A stretch of DNA of 64,000 nucleotides, taken from positions 5,830 through 69,829 of IMG/VR virus record IMGVR_UViG_3300009194_000010, one strand, 5' to 3'. The position numbers and the translations under genes are program-made. How positions within the stretch are numbered: the first letter of the stretch is position 1; every line of letters starts with the position of its first letter. This document shows, one piece after another, positions 38,635 through 46,483 of this stretch. Under the pieces are notes generated by a model, which saw nothing but the letters and a program-made list of their open reading frames with translations, did no database searches and was not told the DNA's origin. This stretch comes from a virus.

Positions 38635-39210
38635 TTACTGGACGGGTTCGGCAAGAATACCGAGGGCGATACGAGGGTCGCCCGTGATGAGCTCACCTTC
38701 GAGCAGTGGGGGAAGAGGTCGGTCTTCCAGTTCATGCGCATACTGCAGTTCCCGTTCACTCATCGGCAACCGCAGGCTGAACACCGGTTCGTTTTCGATG
38801 AATCCCATCCGGCGGGTGACACTAGTCGGACGCAGGGCATGATAGAGACGACCACCATTGCACAGGAAATGGAAATGTCCATTACGCCCGGGGGCATGTT
38901 GGGTAGGGATGGCGATATCTGATTGACCCCGATCATGGATCAGCCGGTAGGCATTGATGATCAGCGAACTGCCCTGGATGGTGGCGATCAACACCAGTGG
39001 CGAGCGGATGCGACGCAACAAGTTCATTTGCGGTGAATACTTGAGCTTGTTGAACAGCGTCAGTTCCAGTTGCGGGCCTTTGGCGGCATAAGAGACCCCA
39101 TCATCGATGCGGGTCGTCAGTGGATAGCGCCACCCTGGTATCTGGTGCATCACACACAGGAAGCCCGAGTAGAGGGTCATGAACAGGTTCATCAGTGAAT
39201 GGCGGAACAT
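38635..39210 (-). CDS. hypothetical protein
   Basis: 191-aa ORF, AAGGAG RBS. Confidence 0.7.
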   Translation of the reverse strand: MFRHSLMNLFMTLYSGFLCVMHQIPGWRYPLTTRIDDGVSYAAKGPQLELTLFNKLKYSPQMNLLRRIRSPLVLIATIQGSSLIINAYRLIHDRGQSDIAIPTQHAPGRNGHFHFLCNGGRLYHALRPTSVTRRMGFIENEPVFSLRLPMSERELQYAHELEDRPLPPLLEGELITGDPRIALGILAEPVQ

Positions 39211-39222
39211 GGCAGTTCTCCT

Positions 39223-39420
39223 TCAATCGAGGATGTAGGACTGGGTGAGCAGATAACGGCGATACTGTTCGAGAGAGGTCTTGGCTTCTTGGGCCAGCTT
39301 TTGGGCCCGCCCATCGTTCGGTACGGTACTGGACAGTGACCGATCGACATCCTGGAGGTTCAACAGCAAATTGTTAGCGCGCCCGTGGGCGCGCTGGTAG
39401 GCTTTGCGGTGGTCAATCAT
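39223..39420 (-). CDS. small hypothetical protein
   Basis: 65-aa ORF filling an operon gap. Confidence 0.6.
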   Translation of the reverse strand: MIDHRKAYQRAHGRANNLLLNLQDVDRSLSSTVPNDGRAQKLAQEAKTSLEQYRRYLLTQSYILD

Positions 39421-39429
39421 GAACTTCCC

Positions 39430-40359
39430 TTACACGCGACAGGCATGACGCAGTTGGTGGGTAGCGAGTAACAGTTGTACCGTTTCTTCCCCGACGTACC
39501 GATCGTCGGGTACTTGGTACTGTTTGGCGAAGACGTCAGGAATGGCAAAGCAGTAGTAGGGGCGGATTCCCTCCCCGTGTCCATGAAGAATAACCAACCA
39601 ACCTTGGGTGGTTTTCAATGCCAGCCCCGGACAGTCATTGAAAGGGCCTCCAGATAGCGCTGTGAAGGCCTTCACGGGCCACGAGCCTGGGAAGTAGGAT
39701 AACCTACCGCCTTGGTGGATAACGGCCTCTAGAGAGCTTAGATCGCGAAAGAAGACTTTGTGCTCAGATCCCTTGGCTTGTTGGTGGTAATAATGGAACA
39801 GCCCACCCCCGGAGAGTGTCATGGCGTCATCGACCTCCGTCGGAGTGACATCGCCATCTTCGGGATCGGTGGTGAAGTCAAAACCTTCGTTTACCACGAC
39901 GCGGCCAGAGCGGTTGGTCGCAGATAATCCCAGCCGATACCCAGTGAAGCGGGTATGGATGTCCAGACGCAGGACCTGATCCTCAGACACCTGACGCATT
40001 AACATCACCGTGAGGCTATTGGCGACATGGAGTTGTTGAACGGACTGTTTGTAATGGTCGGGACCTTCCCCCACCAACCGCGCAATTTGAGTGGCCGTGG
40101 TGCCGGCCTCACTGTAGCGCTTTGCCTTATCGCGGATGGGTATATCATCGAGAACATACCCCATCGGGTAATCGACATCATCGTAGGCGATCAGGCGAAG
40201 ATGTTGTTCCAACCCGTTAAGTTCGATGGCGTACCGGGTACACCGAGGGAACGAACGCATGGTCTTGGTCAGGTCGAAAGTGTGGTTCTGCGGCAGGTCA
40301 CAGAACCACCGTACAAGTTGTTTGGCGATGTCAGTGAACAAGGAGGTATGAGTCAGCAC
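39430..40359 (-). CDS. hypothetical protein
   Basis: 309-aa ORF, AAGGAG RBS, early-type motif upstream. Confidence 0.7.
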   Translation of the reverse strand: MLTHTSLFTDIAKQLVRWFCDLPQNHTFDLTKTMRSFPRCTRYAIELNGLEQHLRLIAYDDVDYPMGYVLDDIPIRDKAKRYSEAGTTATQIARLVGEGPDHYKQSVQQLHVANSLTVMLMRQVSEDQVLRLDIHTRFTGYRLGLSATNRSGRVVVNEGFDFTTDPEDGDVTPTEVDDAMTLSGGGLFHYYHQQAKGSEHKVFFRDLSSLEAVIHQGGRLSYFPGSWPVKAFTALSGGPFNDCPGLALKTTQGWLVILHGHGEGIRPYYCFAIPDVFAKQYQVPDDRYVGEETVQLLLATHQLRHACRV

Positions 40360-40414
40360 GATAGAACTCCTTTTGGGTTATGGCTGGTGGAGGTTCATAT
40401 CAGTGATATAGATG

Positions 40415-41278
40415 TCAAGCTGACTGGGATATATACCGTTCCTCGTCCATGCTCAACATGAAACCCGCAGCATGCTCATGCCCCCCACCGCCAAAATGGG
40501 AGGCCATTGCATCTACATTGGGACCATTCTTCTTACTAACCAAGCGTACCCGTATGCCATCTTCCAGATACCAAAGCACCGCCACCACAGGATGGTCGAC
40601 CTTAGTCAATAACATCGCGGCTAACTCAGAGCGTTCTTCCGGGTAGTCGGTGAACACACCGGGGAGTGTTAGTGTACTACCATCCTTATACGGTAAGTTG
40701 AGCGTCACTTGACGAGTTGCAATGGTTTCCTGACACCGACGCTTTAAGTCATCCCGATAGATGCGTCCCCGCTTGATCAACTGAGTGGTACCTTCATGGG
40801 TACTGGCATAATGGTAGTCATTGAAGCAGTAGGGCAACTGTCTGAGTCCGTCACAGAAGTTACGCGTATCTTCGAGTGTGAAGCGCCATAGATCCCGATC
40901 TTCAACATAGTCGATGAGCTTAGGTCGGGGCTGATTGGGGTAAAGGGCATCCCAGGTAATGCCTGCCCCACTGCGATTGACATCGTAGACCCCCTGGAAG
41001 CGCTCACCACTAAATTCATGATGAAGCTTGTCGATGATCTTCTGTGCCGGTAGGTGATGGTCATAGACAGTGACGCGGTCGGCGGTATGAATGATGTCAC
41101 GCATTACCGCAATATCGGTAAAGATGAAATCAACAAACAGCACCTCGCCCGTGGGGAGTAGTGGTGGAAGCTCGTTATACGTCACCGGAATAAACCGGAC
41201 ATCGGGGTAGCGTTGCTTAACTACCCAAGCACTAGCAAAACCGTCCAGACAGTCTTTGTGATAAAAACAGGTAATCAT
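40415..41278 (-). CDS. DHH-family phosphoesterase (DHHA1)
   Basis: YHKDCLDG, FVDF, YDHH, SGA, EDRDLW and GGGGHEHAAGF motifs. Confidence 0.88.
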   Translation of the reverse strand: MITCFYHKDCLDGFASAWVVKQRYPDVRFIPVTYNELPPLLPTGEVLFVDFIFTDIAVMRDIIHTADRVTVYDHHLPAQKIIDKLHHEFSGERFQGVYDVNRSGAGITWDALYPNQPRPKLIDYVEDRDLWRFTLEDTRNFCDGLRQLPYCFNDYHYASTHEGTTQLIKRGRIYRDDLKRRCQETIATRQVTLNLPYKDGSTLTLPGVFTDYPEERSELAAMLLTKVDHPVVAVLWYLEDGIRVRLVSKKNGPNVDAMASHFGGGGHEHAAGFMLSMDEERYISQSA

Positions 41279-41772
41279 GATATTGCCTTTTTGGTGCAGT
41301 AGGGAATATAGAGCGGCACGTCTCGACCGTTGTGTTCAATCCCTAACCGCCAGTCGGGGTAATCATCCGCATCGTAATACTGATCAAAGATGGGAAGTTC
41401 ATCAGTGACCATCATAGTGTCGTGAGGACGCACTCGGTGCTTTACCACAGGTCCGGCATACCCTAATATGACGTCATGTCGTTCAGCGACCTGCTCTAGA
41501 CTTTCGCGCTGTAATGCCACCGTGTCGTAGATACACAGTTTGCTCCAGTCCTGGTTGGGGAAAATTGCCGTGTAGCGATAGAGCCCCAACATACCCTGAA
41601 TGACAACCTCGGCCAGACTCTCAGTGTGTTTGGTACGTGTCACAATTTCATACGGTGTGAGGGTCAACTGTACATGGAGTTCGGTGCCGTTGTCCAGCGA
41701 ACCCCGCCCGTTGATCGGTAAATAGAAATCTAACATGTATGGACGGTTTTTAACCAACAACGTGTGTCCCAT
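41275..41772 (-). CDS. hypothetical protein
   Basis: ORF coupled to the DHH gene, AGAGG RBS. Confidence 0.6.
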   Translation of the reverse strand: MGHTLLVKNRPYMLDFYLPINGRGSLDNGTELHVQLTLTPYEIVTRTKHTESLAEVVIQGMLGLYRYTAIFPNQDWSKLCIYDTVALQRESLEQVAERHDVILGYAGPVVKHRVRPHDTMMVTDELPIFDQYYDADDYPDWRLGIEHNGRDVPLYIPYCTKKAIS

Positions 41773-41828
41773 TAACAACCTCTTTTGTTATAGTGCATAA
41801 AGTCACCCTCCCCGTAGGGAGGGATGCA

Positions 41829-43733
41829 TTAAAGTCGGGCTAGCGTTAATCCGGTTTGGTTCTGGTACTTACCGCCCTTGTCGGCGTAGGACACCTCGCA
41901 GGGACGGTCACCCTTAAAGAACAGGAACTGGGCAATGCCTTGTCCTGCGTAAACTTTAAGGGGTAGGGGTGAACAGTTGGCAATTTCAATCACCACTTGA
42001 CCCTTGAACTCCGGCTCGATTGGGGTGACGTTGACAATTGCTGCCAACCGGGCGTAGGTAGAGTTATGGACAACAATTCCACTTGCGATGAAGTTATGCA
42101 CTTCAGGCACAGTGTAATCGTAGGCCAGTTGCTCTTCTGCGGGAGCTATATCAACTACTTTATCCCACACTACATCTGGATTGGCAAGGCATGTCAGTTC
42201 CTCGTCGCCGATACTTGCTGCTATTTTACGTAGGTTCGGCAATGAAATCCCTTGAGTAGTAGACCTCCTTAGTCCAATTTGACGCCATGATATATTTAGG
42301 CGTTTTAAAATGCGCTCTATGTCGTCCCATGCATCGACCGGTAGTGTATCCCAGTTGGTATGAGTGCTCTTTACATCGAGGGTTAGCCAATGTTTCAATT
42401 TGGTGTGTTTTAGACTACCTGGGATGAAACCGATGGTTTGCGCAAATGCTTTTATTGTATCTGGCGTGGTTGTGATCAACGAATAAAGTTTATGTTTAGT
42501 CTCCCCCAGAAATTTCTCTTTTTCCGTCATTCCGAAGAATAGTCCAAAACGACGGAGCAAAATCTGCACCTGTTTGGCCAGTAACTCACTGGTTGTGTAA
42601 TACTCTAGCTGCGCACCAACTCCGTCCTCGCGCACATGACCAAAATAGGAATCGCAGGTGAATAACGCAGCGATATACTCAGCCACTCCTTCCAAGGTTG
42701 CTGTTTGAATCGTCTCGGGAACTGTTTTTTCTTTGGAAAGAACATTAAGGTTATGGTTCTCTAACCAAAGGGCGGCTTTGTTTCTTTCCATACTGCCGCC
42801 GCGACCTTGACGGTTCACTAACCGCACACTTACTTCGTCACGAGAAGCGGCGATGAACCCGAAGGTTTCAGCATCGTTAATAAACGCAGCCATAACCGCA
42901 GGATCCGCTTTAGTGAATACCGGGGAGTGGCCAGATGTATCACATTGACCGTCGGCAGTCATATAACCAAGGAGACGAGCTTCTTGAGGACTGATTACAT
43001 TGGTGCCTTCAACATACTCGCGTCGCGCAACCGCAATGCGATCGTCAATTGAAAGTTCACTTATCGGCGACCAACCGTTCCATTTACGCAAAGGATGTGT
43101 TTCGGTTGCAGTGATGGTTAAACCTCGGGCAGTAGTGACCTTAACCATCGGTAACCTGCCATTGCAGATAAGTCCTTCGGTTGCATATTTGTTTATGTTG
43201 GTGGCTGTGGTGTCAACTCCCTGAATGTTAACCATCCCCCTGGTTTCATCCATCCTCCGGATAAGTCCGGTGTCGGGATCGGTGATCAGCGTATCCCCAG
43301 CAAGACATTTACCCACCGCCACGACCATGACATCCCGAGGAATATCAAAGGTTTCGATGGTGTGACCGAGGATGTAGCTGTTCGGGGGAATGATACAGTG
43401 ATCACCCCGATGCTCGATGAAACAATCCGGGTCAGGGTTGAGGGGATCGATAATGGCATTGCGGACGTTGGTGAAAATCTTGAACTCATCCGCGAGACGA
43501 ACGTCGTAGCCATATGACGCCAAACCATAACTGACGATCTTCTGTTCGTCGACCTCACGTACTTGTTCGGAAACAAACGGGGCGATCATCGGCTTCCCAT
43601 CATTATAAATACTTCGACTTGAGTCGATGGTTGCGCTTCTTACCCCGCTTTCATATTCCCGGATCTCTACGGCGTGTTCGTAATGGTAGGGTGGTTCACA
43701 CAGTGATTTTATTGTACGGTCCGACAGGATCAT
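41829..43733 (-). CDS. dcd: dCTP deaminase containing an intein
   Basis: MILSD, SYGLASYGYDVRL, IPPNS, GK|STYAR, NVTPIEPEFKG, GIAQFLF and SYADKGGKYQNQ motifs. Confidence 0.9.
   Translation of the reverse strand: MILSDRTIKSLCEPPYHYEHAVEIREYESGVRSATIDSSRSIYNDGKPMIAPFVSEQVREVDEQKIVSYGLASYGYDVRLADEFKIFTNVRNAIIDPLNPDPDCFIEHRGDHCIIPPNSYILGHTIETFDIPRDVMVVAVGKCLAGDTLITDPDTGLIRRMDETRGMVNIQGVDTTATNINKYATEGLICNGRLPMVKVTTARGLTITATETHPLRKWNGWSPISELSIDDRIAVARREYVEGTNVISPQEARLLGYMTADGQCDTSGHSPVFTKADPAVMAAFINDAETFGFIAASRDEVSVRLVNRQGRGGSMERNKAALWLENHNLNVLSKEKTVPETIQTATLEGVAEYIAALFTCDSYFGHVREDGVGAQLEYYTTSELLAKQVQILLRRFGLFFGMTEKEKFLGETKHKLYSLITTTPDTIKAFAQTIGFIPGSLKHTKLKHWLTLDVKSTHTNWDTLPVDAWDDIERILKRLNISWRQIGLRRSTTQGISLPNLRKIAASIGDEELTCLANPDVVWDKVVDIAPAEEQLAYDYTVPEVHNFIASGIVVHNSTYARLAAIVNVTPIEPEFKGQVVIEIANCSPLPLKVYAGQGIAQFLFFKGDRPCEVSYADKGGKYQNQTGLTLARL
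42063..43307 (-). mobile_element. intein (415 aa) with LAGLIDADG-type endonuclease
   Basis: Begins CLAGDT, block B TATETHP, LLGYMTADG and YIAALFTCDS blocks, ends YDYTVPEVHNFIASGIVVHN followed by Ser; lower GC than the exteins. Confidence 0.92.
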
Positions 43734-44191
43734 GCCGCTTTCCCTTTGATGATGTTGTCAACGCGGGCCAGAGTCCCGTCGCTATGATGAGAGGTCACGA
43801 ACAAGACGTTGCGTTGGTGATCGTAGCGCAATGCAAGGTCATCGTTGGCGTGAGCATCAAACTCCAACTCTACCCGCTGATGCGTGAGGCCGTCATGGTC
43901 TTCAATGGCCAATGTCGCAAGATATTGGGTATCTCCCAAGTATGTCAGGATGCCAATGTAGACACCACCATGATCCGGGAGGGGCTCTACAGAAATGGCC
44001 ATCAGTGCCCCGTCGGCATGGATGAAGGTGTGTGGTTCCCGTGCCCCTTGGAAAAGCTTCAGTGCCGTACTGGCCACTCCATCTTCAACGTGTTCCTGAA
44101 CGGCAAAGCACGAGTCACCAATCTGGTAGGTGATCGGCCGGGAACTAACGATGTTGGGGCGTTCTTTTTCGGGAGAGCTATCTGCGCTCAT
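43730..44191 (-). CDS. hypothetical protein
   Basis: 153-aa ORF, AGGAG RBS, ATGA-coupled to dcd. Confidence 0.65.
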   Translation of the reverse strand: MSADSSPEKERPNIVSSRPITYQIGDSCFAVQEHVEDGVASTALKLFQGAREPHTFIHADGALMAISVEPLPDHGGVYIGILTYLGDTQYLATLAIEDHDGLTHQRVELEFDAHANDDLALRYDHQRNVLFVTSHHSDGTLARVDNIIKGKAA

Positions 44192-44302
44192 ATGGTCTCC
44201 TAAGGCATGGGTGTGGGCTTAACACAGGATTGATAGAACGGGTAGTTTTTCCTGCATCTGGGCATACACCCCTCCCATCACTTGGGAGGGTGTGCTACAT
44301 CG

Positions 44303-44794
44303 TCACCGCGGTTTGTAAATGGGACAGGTATTGCGAAGTCCACTTTCTAAACATTGCGTGACTTTAAGTTTACTACGTCCCCCGAGGGAGACTTTCAATA
44401 GACCGTAGTCATTGAGTCGATTGGTCAGATATTCAGCCAGGCGTGGTGGGTACTTCATTTTGCCGTGACTATAAAAGGCATTGAGTTGTCGCCATAGCTC
44501 CCAGCGATTGCCGGAAGATAACTCATCCCACCGCATTGGTTCCCCAGCAAACACCTGCATGTGACACCATGGTTCTTCTCTCGTAAAGAAGTAGAAGAAG
44601 ACACCTAACCCTCCATGAGGATGACAGATAGATAACAATTTAGGTCGGTTGTCATCCATCTGGAAATACCCATTACCCAACCACATTGGTGTGCGGCTAT
44701 AGTCCTCGATGGGGTGGGGTGCAACATCTACCAAATCAAGGTGGTAGAGTTCCAGTGCACGACGGGTCATCATGGTATCGGTAATCGACTGCAT
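44303..44794 (-). CDS. hypothetical protein
   Basis: 163-aa ORF, GAGG RBS. Confidence 0.65.
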   Translation of the reverse strand: MQSITDTMMTRRALELYHLDLVDVAPHPIEDYSRTPMWLGNGYFQMDDNRPKLLSICHPHGGLGVFFYFFTREEPWCHMQVFAGEPMRWDELSSGNRWELWRQLNAFYSHGKMKYPPRLAEYLTNRLNDYGLLKVSLGGRSKLKVTQCLESGLRNTCPIYKPR

Positions 44795-44820
44795 GCTACG
44801 AGCCTCTCACGGTTAGGGTG

Positions 44821-44991
44821 TTATTGTTGATTTAGTAGATAGAGGTCACAATTATCGTTTTCCATTTCGGGTGTGAAATGGGTCATCTCTAGAGGCGGGT
44901 CCATGAAGGTCTCAAACCCTTCCCAAAAATCGCAATCTAAACAAAGGTGTTGAGGTTCTATGTCACTTATGCTAGCTGGATCTAATTCCAT
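44821..44991 (-). CDS. 56-aa acidic small protein (MELDPASISDIEPQHLCLDCDFW...)
   Basis: Translated by hand; GAGAG RBS and TATG promoter motif upstream. Confidence 0.45.
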   Translation of the reverse strand: MELDPASISDIEPQHLCLDCDFWEGFETFMDPPLEMTHFTPEMENDNCDLYLLNQQ

Positions 44992-45085
44992 GGTGTTCTC
45001 TCTGCGTGTGTGAGTAAAATTCTTTTAATGAGTCTCACTGATCTCGTCATACCATTTATATTAGATCCGTAATACTTTACGGCAT

Positions 45086-45463
45086 AAACCCCCTCCTCGG
45101 CCCCCAGTGTCAACACCGGAGAGCGAAGGAGGGTGGTTTAGCCATCGAGCCCTCATGGGCGACTCCCGCTGGGGAGTATCTATGCGATAATAGCACTACA
45201 TGGTGGTGGGTTCTTAGCCTAAATGCAGGTCCATACAACGGCCACGACGTTGCGGTGCGCAGGCATCATCCGGCGATTGAGTACCGACGGCCCTTTTGGC
45301 GTTGATGACACCACGGACACAGTTTCCTGGATTCCACACCCACCACGGATGGAATACCACTGCACCAGTGTCAGCCAGAAAAGGAACCACGGTGATGGAT
45401 TTAAGATCACGTCTACTAACGTGCTCCTTTACTACGCTCAAATAGGCGAACGCTACATTCACC
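45086..45463 (-). ncRNA. candidate structured non-coding RNA (~380 nt)
   Basis: AAATAC-N15-TACAG promoter-like motif, helices with minus-strand G-U pairs, 9-bp long-range pairing, terminal hairpin followed by TTTATGCC. Confidence 0.5.
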
Positions 45464-45478
45464 TGTATTATCATCCAC

Positions 45479-45723
45479 TTAAGTATTTGTTTGTGTAGTA
45501 ATGATATAGTGTTGGTAGTGTCGACCTACAGGTCATACTACAAGGGGGTGATCCAGTCGCAAAGGGGTCCGTAGGAGGATAAGTTCCGATACTACGGGCT
45601 GAGGGCAAACCAATCACCGAGAGGTGACCGTATCCTCACCCAGGCTACCAACACAACGCCCTCCCTTCGGGGAGGGCATCTATGCCGTAGTTAAGTATTT
45701 GTTTGTGTACGTATTATATAGTG
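45479..45723 (+). repeat. duplicated promoter-like element TTAAGTATTTGTTTGTGTA-N5-ATATAGTG at 45479-45511 and 45691-45723
   Basis: 19-bp exact direct repeat plus a shared ATATAGTG at the same offset. Confidence 0.8.
45509..45677 (+). ncRNA. candidate small RNA with a 20-nt segment antisense to the 16S rRNA 3' end
   Basis: 10-bp closing stem 45509-45518/45645-45654, internal hairpins with a GAGA loop and plus-strand G-U pairs, UUCG terminator; 45542-45561 is AAGGGGGTGATCCAGTCGCA. Confidence 0.7.
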
Positions 45724-45807
45724 CTGGACGTGTCCTTTCGGAAATGGCCTGTGCTCTTGCTTGCTCGTTACGGTTGATTGCCCTCCCCTTACCGGGAGGG
45801 CTCTTTT
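45721..45807 (+). ncRNA. candidate small RNA (~85 nt)
   Basis: Starts at the second promoter copy and ends at GCCCTCCC-CTTACC-GGGAGGGC-TCTTTT; no ORF or RBS. Confidence 0.5.
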
Positions 45808-45877
45808 ACGTCGAAATGGTATAGCGTAACTAACATGCAATGTTTCCGTTTTCCCGACCAGCAACAAGGAGCAACCG

Positions 45878-46399
45878 ATGGACCTTACTGCATTAAGGGC
45901 ATCATTAGAAGGATACGTCAACGCCGTTAAGGATAAGTTCGATACTGTCCAAGCGGCCATTACACACAATCAGACAATCGCGGTTTCTGATCCAGGGAGT
46001 ACTCGAGTCTTTTCTGGTGATCAGACCGCGATCAGTGGAACGGATATCTTCCTGACCACTGATGTCACTCTAGAGACTGGGGTGGAGTATCTCGTCGAAG
46101 GGTATCTGGAACTCGTGACCGAAGGTGCCACCGCTGAAGCACTGGACGGCATTGAAGTTCAATCGCGCGTCGACGTGGATACCGTCACTCAAGCGTCAAC
46201 CCTGCAACGCCTGTGGCGTGAGTACGACAATACCCAACACGTACCCATTATCCTGAAAACCATGGTGACAGGTACCGGGGCGGCAATGACCTTGGACCTG
46301 AGTGTCTACCATGAGACTGCCGGGTTTACCCAGACGGGTGATTCCACGTTCCGGGCGCAGAACTGTGTACTGACCATTCGCCCAACCGTGGCCAGTTAA
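45878..46399 (+). CDS. putative virion (decoration/tail-associated) protein
   Basis: 173-aa Thr-rich ORF, AAGGAG RBS, late-type GAAATGGTATAG motif upstream (also at 46440). Confidence 0.55.
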   Translation: MDLTALRASLEGYVNAVKDKFDTVQAAITHNQTIAVSDPGSTRVFSGDQTAISGTDIFLTTDVTLETGVEYLVEGYLELVTEGATAEALDGIEVQSRVDVDTVTQASTLQRLWREYDNTQHVPIILKTMVTGTGAAMTLDLSVYHETAGFTQTGDSTFRAQNCVLTIRPTVAS

Positions 46400-46483
46400 T
46401 GCCATACCGCCCCTCCCCTTTAGTGGGAGGGGTTTATGCGAAATGGTATAGCATTAATTATTCACTCACGTTAAGGGATCGTT

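Noticed and set aside
45542-45561. rRNA gene fragment or primer contamination
   Set aside because: The match is only 20 nt, differs from the consensus at two wobble-compatible positions, and is embedded in a coherent promoter-stem-terminator unit; there is no flanking rRNA sequence.
45479-45723. CRISPR array
   Set aside because: Only two repeat copies, about 180 bp apart, non-palindromic, and no cas genes in the window.
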